Shown here: piece by piece, positions 47,838 to 61,214 of the stretch
Layout of the letters: every line of letters begins with the position of its first letter
How positions within the stretch are numbered: the first letter of the stretch is position 1
Source: Mobula hypostoma
Lineage: Eukaryota
Assembly (NCBI RefSeq): GCF_963921235.1
Contig: NC_086107.1
Coordinates: 107,882,001-107,946,000 of the forward strand
Direction of reading: 5' to 3'
DNA length: 64,000 nt
Notes under the pieces: generated by a model
Seen by the model: the letters and a program-made list of their open reading frames with translations, nothing else
The model's database searches: none
Told to the model about the DNA's origin: nothing
Made by a program: the position numbers and the translations under genes

Positions 47838-48355
47838 CACTCAGAGGCCACTTTATCAGGTCCACCTGTACACCTGCTCATTAACACAAATATCTAATCA
47901 GCCAAACTCAATGAATAAAAGCACGCAGACATGGCCAAGAGGTTCAATTGTTGTTCAGACCAAACACTGGAATGGGGGGAAGAAATGTGATATTGACCAC
48001 AGAATGATTGTTGGTGCCAGATGGGGTGACTTGAGTATCTCAGAAACTGCTGACCTCCTGTGATTTTCACGCACAACAGTCTCTAAAGTTCACAGAGATG
48101 GGAAAAACATCCAGTTAGTGGGAGTTCTGTGGACGAAAATGCCTTGTTCGAGGAGAATGGCCAGACTGATTCAAGCTGACAGGAAGGCGACAGTGACTCA
48201 AATAACCACACGTTACAACAGTGATGTGCAGAAGAACATCTCTGAACTCACATGTCAAACCTTGAAGTGGATGGCACAGCAGCAGGAGACCACAAGCTTA
48301 CACTCGTGCGACTTTATTAGGTACAGGAGATATCTAACAAAATGGCCACTGAGCG
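47838..48355 (+). mobile_element. Tc1-derived MITE-like element, complete
   Basis: Left TIR cactcagaggccactttatcagg; MIVGARWGDLSISETADLL and RRMARLIQADRKATVTQIT remnants; right inverted TIR ...aatggccactgagcg. Confidence 0.85.
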
Positions 48356-49464
48356 GATGTTAAACTTGTTTCCACCTGTAACATTGATGTCTGGTTAGAG
48401 CCTGATTCTGCTCTTGCACTGTGTCAACCCTTGCATTAGGGCATTGGTGATGTGGTGAACAACTCATAAGTCCAAATGTAGGTATTGAGAAAATACTGAC
48501 TTTGGTGAAGAATACAAGGGTATCAAGAAGCATTATTTTCAGGCTGATATTCATAGAAATGCCTTAATCTGTTGGTGAGGATGTGGATCACTAAATATCT
48601 GAGTAGAGATTAGTGGGTTTCTGACCCAGCCTGCACACAACTTAAATACACTTCAATTTTAAATTCTCACTTTGTTTTTCCAATTCTGAACAAAGACTAG
48701 AAGTCATGGGTTAAGGGTGAAAGGTGAAAAGTTTAAGGGGAACATGAGGGGGAATTTCGCCACTCAGAGAGTGGTGAGCGAGTGGAATGAGCAGCCAGCG
48801 CAAGTGGCGGGTACAGGTTCGATTTCAACAGTTAAGAAAAATTTGGCGAGGTACATGAACGGGAGAGGTGTGGAGGGCTATGGTCCTGATGTGGGTCAAT
48901 GGGACTGGGCAGATTAATAGTTCGGCATGGACTAGATGGGCCGAAAGGCTGTTTCTGTGCTGTACTGTACTGATTTATGACTCTATCATTCTAAATATCT
49001 CCATAGCTTTACCTTCTTTTTCTATCTTCATACAACCATCCAAGTCTCTCTGTTACTCCAGTTACAGCCTTTTGATAGTCCCAGATATCAGAATCAGAAT
49101 CAGGTTTAATATCACTGGCACATATCACGAAATTTGTTGTTATGCGGCAGCAGTACAATGCAATACATTATAATAAAACCTTAAATTGACAGTAAGTATG
49201 TATATATTAAAAATATTAAATTAATAGTGCCAGAAGAGAAAAAGGAAGTGGTGAGATAGTGCTCATGGGCCCAAATCTGATGGCAGAGGGGAAGAGGCTG
49301 TTCCTGAACCATTGCTACACTTCCTTAAGGTCGTACTGCTCAGCCAAAGCAACTTCAGTTTATATTTGCAACTGCTATATACCCACACTAACCTTGCTGT
49401 ATGAACATATTTTTTATGTCTCCAGCATGAGCAGTTTATTCGTCTAAGCATGTGCAAATATTCT

Positions 49465-50160
49465 ATCAGCATTGTCAACTGCTTGTATGGGAACTGTAGT
49501 TCCCTCAATCGCAGGACCCTGCAGAGAGTGGTGCGGACAGCTCGGCGCATCTGTAGATGTGAGCTTCCCACTGTTCAGGACATTTACAAAGACAGGTGTG
49601 CAAAAAAGGCTCGAAGGATCATTGGGGACCCGAGTCACCCCAACCACACACTGTTCCAGCTGCTGCCGTCTGGGAAATGGTACCGCAGCATAAAAGCCAG
49701 GACCAACAGGCTCCGGGACAGCTTCTTCCACCAGGCCATCAGACCAATTAATTCATGCCAATACAACTGTATTTCTATGTTATAATGTTGTACATACTAT
49801 TTATTATACATTACTATAAATTGTGCATTGCACATTTAGACAGAGAAGTAACTTAAAGATTTTTACTGCTCATGCATATGAGGGGGAGGGAGGGATAACG
49901 ACGGCTCAGACCATGAGAGGCCTGCGTCTGGCATTTTCATGCCTTACAAGGTGCAGATTGGAAGTCTGTGTGGGGCACCACTCCTCACACAGACACTACA
50001 GCAATGTGTGGTTAAGTGCCTTGCTCAGGGGCACAAACACGCTGCCACAGCTGAGGCATAAACTAGCAACCCTCAGATCACTAGACGAATGCCTTAACCA
50101 CTTGGCCACGTGCCCAACACTGTATATGAAGGATGTAAGTAATAAAGTCAATTCAATTTT
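49465..50160 (+). mobile_element. Rex1/Babar-like LINE 3' end with nested CORE-like SINE (49880-50120, -)
   Basis: LQRVVRTARRI...FQLLPSGKWYRSIKARTNRLRDSFFHQAIR. Confidence 0.82.
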
Positions 50161-50884
50161 CTAGTGACGCTGGGAAGCAAAACCAAGTTCGATCATAGAA
50201 CATGGTGCATTACAACATGGCTCTTTGACCCACAATGTTACACCAACCTTTTAAACTACTCTAAGATTAATCTAATCCTTCCCACCTACATAGTTCTCCA
50301 CTTTCCTATCATTTATGTACCTATCTAAGAGTCTCTGAATGTCCCTAATGTATCTGCCTCTATCACCACCCATGGCAGGGAATTCCATGCACCCACTACT
50401 CTCTCTGTAAAAAAACTTAACCTGTCAACCCCCCTTTAGTTTCCTCCAATCACCTTAAAATTATGCCGCCTCGTATTTGCCATTACCGCCAAGGAAGAGG
50501 TCTCTGGCTGTCCACTCGATCTGTGACCTTTATCATCATGTACCCCTCTCAACCTCCTTCGCTCCAAAGAATAAAGCTTTAGCTTGCTGAATGTAACCTC
50601 ATAAGACATGCTCTCTAATGCAGGCAGCATCCTGGTAAATATCTTCTGCACTTTGGTAAATATCCTCTGCACCCTTTCTAAAGCTTCCATGTCCTCCCTA
50701 TAATGAGGTGACCAGGGCTGAACACAGTATTGATGTTATATTTTTGTGGAGAAGGGTATAAGGGTTATGGAACCAAGAAAGGAAGTTAAAATAAAGCCGA
50801 GCATCGGTTGTGATTTAGTTCAAAGGCGGATTAGACTCGAGGGGCTGAATGACCATCTGTTCCAGTGTTCTGAGGATAGTGCTT

Positions 50885-51700
50885 CTGAGGCTGAGTACAG
50901 GGCTACGGTAGGAAACTTTGTCACATGGTGTGAGCAGAATTATCTGCAGCTTAATGTGAAAAAAACTAAAGAGCTGGTGGTAGACCTGAGGAGAGCTAAG
51001 GTACCGGTGACCCCTGTTTCCATCCAGGGGGTCAGTGTGGACATGGTGGAGGATTACAAATACCTGGGGATACGAATTGACAATAAACTGGACTGGTCAA
51101 AGAACACTGAGGCTGTCTAGAACAAGGGTCAGAGCTGTCTCTATTTCCTGAGGAGACTGAGGTCCTTTAACATCTGCCGGACGATGCTGAGGATGTTCTA
51201 CGAGTCTGTGGTGGCCAGTGCTATCATGTTTGCTGTTGTGTGCTGGGGCAGCAGGCTGAGGGTAGCAGACACCAACAGAATCAACAAACTCATTCATAAG
51301 GCCAGTGATGTTGTGGGGATGGAACTGGACTCTCTCACGGTGGTGTCTGAAAAGAGGATGCTGTCCAAGTTGCATGCCATCTTGGACAATGTCTCCCATC
51401 CACTACATAATGTACTGGGTGGGCACAGGAGTACATTCAGCCAGACTCATTCCACCAAGATGCAGCACAGAGCGTCATAGGAAGTCATTCCTGCCTGTGG
51501 CCATCAAACTTTACAACTCCTCCCTTGGAGGGTCAGACACCCTGAGCCGATAGGCTGGTCCTAGACTTATTTCATAATTTACTGGCAAAATTTACATATT
51601 ACTATTTAGCTATTTATGGTTCTATTACTATTTATTATTTATGGTGCAACTGTAACGAAAACCAATTTCCCCCAGGATCAATAACGTATGACTATGACTT
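50885..51700 (+). mobile_element. Rex1/Babar LINE 3' fragment
   Basis: WCEQNYLQLNVKKTKELVVD...YKYLG; near-identical to 33760-34560. Confidence 0.9.
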
Positions 51701-52014
51701 ATTGCTCACCCCAACTGCCCTTGAGAAAGTGGTATTGCTTAACCACAACAATTTTTGTAGAGAAGGTCTTTTTTTATGTTTTAGTTATGATACAGCTGAA
51801 TGGCTTACCGGGCCATTTTAGAGGGTAGTTAAAATTAATTCGTGTTGCTGGTTGTTTGAGACCCGCACTGGGTAAGGCCGCAGATTTTCTCTCCTGAAAC
51901 ACATTAGTGGCTCAGATGGATTTTTATGACAATCATGTCATCATAAAAAGATTAGCTAGTTTTCTTTAAAATCTCAGGTTATTTTTTAATGATTTTCTCA
52001 AATGACGTGATGAA

Positions 52015-52648
52015 GTTCCTGGGTGTCACCTTATCTGTGGATCTATCCTGGACACAATATATCAATGCCGCTACAAAGACAGCGGCTATATTTCATTAGA
52101 AGTTTGAGGAGATTTGGTACGTCACCAATGACACTCGCAAATTTTTACAGATGTACCGTGGAGAGCATTCTAATTGGCTGCATCACTGTCTGGTGTTGTG
52201 GGGAGGGGGTGGTTACTGCACCGGATCGAAGTAAGCTGCCGACAGTTGTGATCTTAGTCAGCTCTATCATGGGCACTATCCAAAACATCTTCAAGGAGCG
52301 ATGCATCAAAAAGGCTGCATCCTTCATTAAGGTCTCCCATCACCAAAGTCATGCCTTGTTCTCATTGTTACCTTCAGGAAGGAGGTACAGAAGCCTGGAG
52401 ACATGCACTCAATAATTCAGGAACAGCTTCTTCCCCATTTAGCATCTGATTTCTGAATGGACGTTGAACCCATGAACACTACCTCACTACTTTTTAAATT
52501 TTTATTTTTGCACTACTTATTTAATTCAACTATTATATCCATTTATTGAAATTCTCATTTTTCTCGATTATTGCAATGTACTGCTGCCACAAAGACAACA
52601 AATTTCACAATATATGCTGTTGATATTAAACCTGATTCTGATTCTGAA
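52015..52648 (+). mobile_element. Rex1/Babar-like LINE 3' end
   Basis: QRLYFIRSLRRF...FYRCTVESIL...LLPSGRRYRSL; (ATTCTG)n tail. Confidence 0.8.
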
Positions 52649-52964
52649 ATCATGCCTCTGGATAGTCGGTCTAAGTCACTGGGTTACTTGTTATTACTGG
52701 ATTGTTACGTGATCTGAAACGTTAATTCTTGTTTCTCCTCTGTCAGATGCTGCCTGACCTGTTGAGTATTTCCAGCATTTTCTGTTTTTATTGTATACTA
52801 GACTGGCAAATTGCCGTCACATTTCTTATTATTGCTATTGGGTTGATGGACCTATTACTGTTAGGACCTTTCTTATTTCTCTATTAAGGATTAGTATCTC
52901 ATTATTTTCTTCCTGTTCCCTAATTCTGAGAACCTGTTAAAGATAAAAGCAAAGGATTCACATA

Positions 52965-53792
52965 CACTCAGCGGCCACTTAATTAGGTACACCTGTACAC
53001 CTTACTCTTTAATGCAAATATCAATGCATAAAAGCATACAGACATGGTCAAGAGGTTCACTTGTTGTACAGACCAAACATCAGAATGGAGAATGGAGTCT
53101 TCTCATCTGCCTATCACTTTCCCCTGGGTCCCCTCCTCCTTCCTTTTCTCCTATAGTCCACTCTCCCCCCCGCCAATCAAATTCCTTCTTCTCCAGCCAC
53201 TTACCTTTCCCCACCGACCTGGCTTCACCTTCTAGCTACCCTCCTTCCCCTTCACCCACCTTTTTATTCTGATGTCTTCCCCCCTTCCTTTCCAGTCCTG
53301 AAGAAGGGTCTCGGCCCTGAAACGTCGACTGCTTATTCATTTCCATATTCGCTGCCTGACCTGCTGAGTTCCTCCAGCATTTTGTGTGTGTTGTTAGAAT
53401 GGAGGAGAAATTTGATCCAAGTGATTTTGACCGTGCAGTAAATGTTGGTCACAGACGGTGTGGTTTGGGTAACTCAGAAACTGCTATTCTCTTGGGAATT
53501 TCATGCATGAAACTCGAGAGTTTGAAAAGAAATGTGTGAAAAATTTTAAAAAAACACCCAGTGAGTGGCAATTCGGTGGGCGAAAATGCCTTGTTAAGGA
53601 GAGAGGTCAGAAGAGAATGGCCAGACTGGTTCAAGTTGACAGGGAGGCTAGATAAGCACACGTTACAACAGTGGTGTGCAGAAGAACATCTCTGAACCTT
53701 GAAGTGGATGGGCTACAGCAGTGGGAGACCACAAACATAACACTCAGTGATCACTTTGTTCAGTAGAGGAGATACCTAATAAAATGGCCGCC
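52965..53792 (+). mobile_element. Tc1-derived element interrupted by a PLE fragment (~53098-53395)
   Basis: TIR at 52965; PLE hammerhead cctgaagaagggtctcggccctgaaacgtcgac; agaatggag duplicated around the insert. Confidence 0.8.
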
Positions 53793-54419
53793 ATCTGTAG
53801 ATCCCTTCCTACTACCCCACGGACAAGATTTACCATGTTGATTATACAAACTGTTCCTCTGTTAAAAAATTGTTAGTGGATTTCAAAGGTCAAGGTTCAA
53901 AGTGCACATATGTCACCATATACAACCCCAAGATTTATTTTCTCGCAAACATACTCAATAAATCCAATAACAGTAATAGTATCAATGAAAGACCACGCCA
54001 ACAGGGAGGACAACCAGTGTGCAAAAGATAAAAAAACCAAAAAGAAAAAAAAAGAAATAATAATAATAAAAAAAATAAGTAAGCAATAAATATCGAAAGC
54101 ATGAGATGAAAAGTCCTTGAAAGTAAATACTTTGGTTGTGATTTAATTTTCTTATGAAAAAGAACACATCCAGCAAAGCTGCACATCATTAGTAGATGCA
54201 TTTAAGGATAGAAATATAGACTAAAGAGTGTCCTGATTCAGGGACAAGTGTCTTCTGCTGAATAATAAGTGTTAATCAAGACACTATAGGTCACTTTACT
54301 CTTAGATATTCTGAACTTACATTTTTATATGAATTACTAAGGCAGATTCAATAAATGAAAAAAAAGAAGAAAAGAACCATTATTTATCACTTTTCTCAAT
54401 CTCAGGGTGTCCCCAAGTG

Positions 54420-54680
54420 GTCAATCTACACATTCAGATCTCACAAACATCAGTGAGATAACACCCAACTATTCCATTTTAGACATGATGGTTGAGGGTT
54501 AAGTTTCACTGTTGAGAATTCTCTTGCCCTTAGAATTTGGACCAAGAACTTTTCTATGGTCAGGCATCATGTCTGAAGAGTGCAGTGCTTGCCCCAGAGT
54601 CAGCTGATGTGTCTGAACAGGACTCTCAAGAGTAGGACGCAAGCCCATTGCCTTCTGATTCAAAGATGAGAGATTGAGTA
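54420..54680 (-). mobile_element. Old Deu-domain SINE remnant
   Basis: tctgaagagtgcagtgcttgcccc...ccttctgattcaaagatgagag resembles the reverse complement of the SINE head and Deu segment. Confidence 0.4.
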
Positions 54681-57159
54681 TGTCTACAAGGGGCACTGCC
54701 ACAAGAAAACAGCATCCATTATCAAAGACCCCGCTATCCAGGCCATTTCATCTTCTTGCTGCTGCTATTAGGAGGGAGATACAGGAACATTGGGTCCCAA
54801 ACCACCAAGTTCAGGAACAGTTATTATCCCTCAACCATCAGGCTCCTGAACCAGTGACAATAACTTCACTCACCTCAAAACTGAACTGATTCCACAACCT
54901 TTAGACTCATTTTCAAGGGCTCTTCAACTCATGTCTCAGTATTATCTATCTATCTATTTATTAATTTATTAATATTTTTATTGCAGTTGCACAGTTTGCC
55001 ATCTTTTGCACATTGGTCTTTTGTCAGTCTTTGTGTGTAGTTTTTCACTGATTCCATTGTATTTCTTTGTTTTACTATGAATGCCTGCAAGAAAATGAAT
55101 CTCAGGATCGTATATGGTGGCAAACATGAGAAAATCTGCAGATGCTGAAAATCCAAAGCAACACACACAAAATGCCGGAGAAACTCAGCAGGCCAGGCAG
55201 CATCTATCAAAAAAAGTACACAGTCAATGTTTTAGGCCAAGACCCTTCCTTGGGACTTGTGCTAAGTTTCTCTGGTATATGGTGACATGTATGTACTTTG
55301 AAAATAAACTTACTTGCAACTTTGAAATAAAAGTAAAATATGCTGGAGAGATTCACCAGATCAGGTGGCATCTGTGGAAAGAGAAACAGAGTTAATGTTT
55401 CAAGTCCATGACCTTGCATTATCTATCATGAAGATGAATAACTTCTATTCTGCTACTTAGTCACAGAAATAAAAAGCACAAGAATACTACGGAAAGAGTT
55501 CTGAGAACACACAATTATATTTCAGTGTTCTGATGTTACTATCATTCATTCTTTGGAGTTTCTTGTTTTGTGGATGTCTGTGAAGAGTAAGAATTCCAGG
55601 TTGTATACTCTACACATTCCCTGATATTAAACAGGACCATTTGAATTGGTTTGGCACCAATCCCTTTCCTAGAGATGTTTTAAATGAATCTTCACTTGTA
55701 CTTCAGTGATAGTACGACATAGCTAACAAGAATTCATTATTCCAAAGTCTCTGTAATAGTGTGAAACATGCTGTGGTGCTTCCAAGGGCTAGCTAGCCAA
55801 CAAATATTGACAATGAAGCACTTAAGGAGATTTTGTGACAGACTTTCGAAAGCTTGGTCAGAGGTAGATTTCATTAAGGAGAGAGGGGTGGAGAAGGAAG
55901 TCCAGATCCAACTTGGCACCGTTGCCATCAGCAGATGATGGAGATTAAGGACCCTAAAAAAGCTGGAATTGGAGGAGACTGGAGATCAGATGGCTGCGGT
56001 ACTAAAGAAGGTGACGGGGACTGACAGGGAGAAGAGCGTGGAGGGAATTAAAGATAAAGGTGGCAGTTTGAAATTGAACTGCAGCAAATTGATTGGAGGC
56101 CAGTCTGGACATCATTGGAACAGATGAATCCAGTGGTTGGGACACAGTTTGGCAGCTGCAGAGGGAAATGTATTTTGTCTTCTGTTGACAAAGAGTGGAA
56201 GAAAGGATCATAGGTGATCACAGACCACAGGATAACTCAAACCCTCCTAATACATGCATGAAGGGCATTTAAGTAACTCTTAGATAGGCACATGGATGAA
56301 AGGAAAGTGGAGGGCTATGAGGGTGGAAAATGAGTAGGTTAAAAGATCGGAGCATCATCGTGAGACCAAGGGCCTGTACTGTGCTGTACTATGTCCTGTG
56401 TTTTCGTACATGGACACACATGGGCAGAGACTGTTCCCACCCTGTCAGTTAGGAGATTTCCATCCTAGAGCCAGTCTTTGCAAAGATATTGCATCATACA
56501 GTATGAGGCCATGCTGCCCATCTTGTCTGTTTCAGCTCCTTGAAAGGACAATGCAGTCAGGGACATAACTGAGGGAGTGGGTGTAGCAGAAGCGTGTGGC
56601 TTTCCAAGCAAGTCACCTACAAGGATGGTACGTGTCCATTTAACTGCACCTCCAAAACTCGGGCAAATTTAAATTCCTGTCAATGGCCCTTCATTCACTT
56701 CATCTTACTGCCTTGCCCCAGTGCCCATGGACCTGCAAATGTTTAGCCTTGAAGCGTTTATGAAATCCCCTTTTTGAAAGTTCCCATGGAACCTGCATCC
56801 ACCCTTCTTTCAGGAGGCAAATTCAAGGTCATAACATATTGTTACAGAAAGAAGGAATCTTCTCATCTTCCCTCATATTGTGAATAGCGGCCCTCTGCCC
56901 CAGGTCATAGTATGCTGGTTTTTACTTTACCGAGGCATGTTTTGGGTTCTGTTATATTTTTCCTGTCAGGAGGAGAACCCTAGATTCACTGTTTTATCCA
57001 CATGGCAGAAGGTTGGGAGCAGAGCTTAGAAATTAAGCTTGATGGTGCATTCAAACTTGCAATTGTAATTGGGCTTTCTTGTAAATGGCTGTTACAAAGT
57101 TGCTGAACATTATTCGACTGGCTACTTTCCTCCAGGTTTCCTTCCAGTGAAACTTCTTC

Positions 57160-57585
57160 TACATTGGTGAGACCCAACGCACATTGGGGTACCGCCTCAA
57201 CGAGCACCTTTGCTCCATCCACCGCAAAAGGCAGAATCTCCTGGTGCCCACCCAGTTTAATCCGACTTCCCATTCCCATTCCGAAATGTCTTTCCATGGC
57301 CTCCTCTACCTACACGATGAGGCCACACTCAGACTGGAGGAGCAACATCTCAAATTCCATCTAGCTATCCCCCAACCTGATGGGATGAATATTGATTTCT
57401 CTAATTTCAGGGTATTTCTCTCCCACCCCGCTTCTCTTTTCTTCTATTCTTCATTCTGGCCCCCTGTCTCCTCCTTCTGGAGCCCCTCCTTTTTCCCTTT
57501 CTTCCATGCTTTTAGATTCCTTCTTCTTCAGCCCCTTACCCCTTCCACTTATCACCTCCCAGCTTCTTACTTCATCCTTCCCCCC
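57160..57585 (+). mobile_element. PLE GIY-YIG C-terminal fragment
   Basis: YIGET...RLNEHLCSIHRK...HDEATLRLEEQHL...QPDGMNIDFSNFR. Confidence 0.85.
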
Positions 57586-57689
57586 CATGATGTCGTGCAG
57601 AAACAGCTAAAAAGTAAATCAAAAAAACCCCAAAAACTAATCCCTCCTCCTTACACAATCTCCATCTTCCTCCATCTTCCTCATTTTCC

Positions 57690-58130
57690 TATCTAAATGT
57701 TCCTTAAAAGCCTCTAATGTATTTGCCTCTACCATCACACCAGGCAGCACATTCCAGGCAATCCACCATTCTCTGAGTGAAAATCTCACCCCTCACATCC
57801 CCCTCTTACCTTCAGTGCATGCCCTCTGGTATTAGACATTTCTACCCCGGGAAAAAGACACTCGCTGGCTACTCTGTCTATGTCTCTCATAATCTTATAA
57901 ACCTCTGTCAGATCTCCCCTCAGCTTTGGCCTCTCCAGAGAAAACAACCCAAGTTTTCCCACCTTCTCATGATAAGCACATGCCCTCTAAACCAGGCAGC
58001 ATCCTGGTGAACCTCTTCTGCATCCTCTCCAAAGCCTCAACATCCTTCCTACAGTGGGGGCAACCAGAACTGCATGCAATACTCCAGATGTGGCCTCACC
58101 AGAGTTTTATAAAGTTGCAACACAACCTCT
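57690..58130 (-). mobile_element. Decayed CR1 3' fragment
   Basis: Reverse complement encodes LYKTLVRPHLEYCMQFW...RFTRMLPGL. Confidence 0.75.
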
Positions 58131-59343
58131 TGGATTATTATCAGGAAAATTAGTCCATGTTGTGAGGAATGACTGTTGTTGAGCTCTCGTGAGATAATTG
58201 GGTTTTGCTGGCCCTGATCTACAGGGACAAGTCATTGGAAGTAGGCCTCAGTATTTGCTTTCTAGCTCATCTCCCCATGGTACTGAACCATGACCCCCCC
58301 CTCACTGGCCTCCCCCTCATTCATCCCTCACCTCAAACCGACAAACACCTACTAAACCTCCCTGACCAACCACCAAGCCCTCCACACTAGTTATTGGACT
58401 TCCTCATCAATGCTCAGAGTTCCGCAAACTCTCTCAGCCCTAGTCCCAACCATCCTGTGGGACTCGGGATCAACTGTATTTCGTCAATGTCTGGCACGGT
58501 CCATGGTGGTCAAATTACACGACTGTTTTGGCTCACTCGTTTTCCACGCCAAGAACTATTAAACTCCGGGAGGAGTTTCTGCTGGGACGGCCTGTCCAGT
58601 GGATCAGACTCGATTACAAGATTGTCAAAAAGTATATGAATGTAATTAAATCCCAGCACACATTGCCTAAGAGATACGATATTTAATATCGGATTTTCTG
58701 TACACTTGCACATTCTTCAACGCTGCCGCAATGTGCAAGTCCATTTATCTTCAGTCGGCACGTTACAACAAATTTGAACAAGTTATATAACCATCTCGTT
58801 TGATTATATAATTCTCTTGGACTTAACGTTCTGTCTCTGCAGATGAGCTTGGACTATCCTGACGTGTAAGAAGTTACATTTGTAGCCAGAGCAACAAGGG
58901 GCAGCCTTCGCCTCCAGTACCCACAGCACCAGGCGTGGCATCGGGGGAGGAGAAAATGGCACCTCGCCAGCACATGCAATGTCATCTTCATCCGTGGTTG
59001 TAGCTTGGTGGGTAACACTCCCACCGAGGTAGTTAGAGTGCTGAACGGTTGGAGGGGGAGCATTAACGCACTGCTGTATTTGTTCAGCGGCAGGGCTGCA
59101 CTGTCAGAGCAGGGTACCGATGGAGCTTTGCACTGTCGGAGGGAGTACCATACAGTCAGTGAAGCACAGGGGAGTTCTCCTCCGTGGCCCGAGGACAGTA
59201 TTGAGCAGCCCCTCCCCCACCCGAGTTGGCAGGGGTCGACCTTGGACGCTGCACCTCAGCCGTCAACGTCCAGTCAGTACGCAAACTGGGCAGTAGGATA
59301 CGGAGAGCGAGCTGTTCCGATGAGTTCAAGGGAACAGCAGTAA

Positions 59344-59877
59344 CCAACACACATCAAAGTTGCTGGTGAACGCAGCAGGCCAGGCAGCATCTCTAGGAAG
59401 AGGGACAGTCGACGTTTCAGGCTGAGACCCTTCCTCAGGACTAACTGAAAGAAGAGCTAGTAAGAGATTTGAAAGTGGGAGGGGGAGGGGGAGATCCGAA
59501 ATGATAGGAGAAGACAGGTGGGGGAGGGATGGAGCCAAGAGCTGGACAGGTGATTGGCAAAAGGGATATGAGAGGATCATGGGACAGGAGGCCCAGGGAG
59601 AAAGATAAGGGGGAGGGGGGAAAACCCAGAGGATGGCCAAGGGGTATAGTGAGAGGGACAGAGGGAGAAAAACGAGAGAGAGAAAAAGATAGTGTGTATA
59701 TAAATAAATAAATAACGGATGGGGTACGAGGGGGAGGTGGGGCATTAGCGGAAGTTTGAGAAGTCAATGCTCATGCCATCAGGTTGGAGGCTACCCAGAT
59801 GGAATATAAGGTGTTGTTCCTCCAACCTGAGTGTGGCTTCATCTTTACAGCAGAGGAGGCTGTGGATAGACATGTCA
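59344..59877 (-). mobile_element. PLE 3' fragment with pLTR and hammerhead
   Basis: Close homolog of 9734-10258. Confidence 0.88.
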
Positions 59878-60297
59878 GAACCAATACAGTTTGGTACCAG
59901 CAGCATCGTAGGAGTTGCCAGTTGGCGTTGAGCTCAATATCGGACTGCCTTCGGGACCCCAGCTCTGGATTTTTCCCTGGCGGGGGTTTACTCCGTAGCC
60001 TTTCCCATGAACGGGTACAGCCGCAAGGCAGCGGAGGCTTGAGATCAGAGTTTTCCTTCTCCTCGATGAGCTGCCAACCACGGCTGACAAGCCCCATCAT
60101 CCCAGAGCAACTGGTCTTAAGGTGCCAGTAATGTGACTTTGCCCCTTCCCCTGTCAGTAAAGAGGTTCTGCTGGGCTTAGTGGCTAAGCCACACGTGAAG
60201 GCCAGGAGATGGACTAGGTTGTAAGAGGCTATTTGAGGAGCACACATTGGGAACATTTAATGGATAGTAGGAGCTAATCCCCATTACTACCCCCAGC
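59878..60297 (-). mobile_element. RTE-type 5'-UTR-derived non-autonomous element (3' part lost)
   Basis: Minus strand ggcagctcatcgaggagaaggaaaactctgatctcaagcctccgctgccttgcgg resembles the conserved RTE 5' UTR block. Confidence 0.6.
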
Positions 60298-61214
60298 TAT
60301 AACTATCTTATAAACAGTGTTATCTCTCACTCAACATTACTATATCACATGGTTGTTTATGGGAGCTTGCTGTGCATTAACTGGGCATCATGCTGCCAAC
60401 ATCACACCAGTGAGTCCACTTCGAAAGGGCTTCATTAGCTGTGAATAGCTCCTGATGTTGTGATAGGCACTATAGAAATGCAGGTCTCCCTGCTTCACTC
60501 CCCACTGAAGAGCTAACAGAAGAGTAGAGAGAAAGAGAGAGAGCAGAGGATCGAAGGAGGGAGAAAAGAGAGCACGAGGAAGACCAGACCATACAATCAG
60601 AGAATCATACAATTCAGAGGGAGGCTATTCTGCCCATTGTGCACGTGTCAGCAGTCAGACCCAGTCCACAGTGCTTTTCCTTCCCCGCCCTGCAGCTTTT
60701 CCTTTGAGAGCTCTCCTTTCTGCAAACCTGGCAATATATTTTAGATCACTCATTTGGGGAAAAAAAATTGGAATTTGGCGGTCAGGCGTTGGTTTAGGAT
60801 CGAACTTTGACACATAAGGACCCTGGCTCCGGTTCCAAAGACCAGAGCTTTGGGATCCGATGGGATACTTTACACAGAAGGACCACTGTTTCTTCCCAAT
60901 CTCCCTCGTCCCTTATCGTCCATCCGCACCTTTAGGTTGGAGGAAAGATGGCTTCAATCCTAGAGAGCAGTATGCTTATCACTGTTAATATGCCAAATTA
61001 CCTCAGCAACCTCCATTTTTAACATTGGAGTGTTATCAAATCAAAAACAAAATGGTGGCAGACAAAATGTCCAATAATTGAGGTTTTAAGGACTACCTTA
61101 CAAATAGTTAAGAGGTTTGGAGGAATAACAGAGCTAAATTCTGGAGTGTTGTTCCCAGTCTCAGTTGCCACTGGTGGATGAAACAGGACCTGAAGTTGTT
61201 ACACTGGACTTCAA

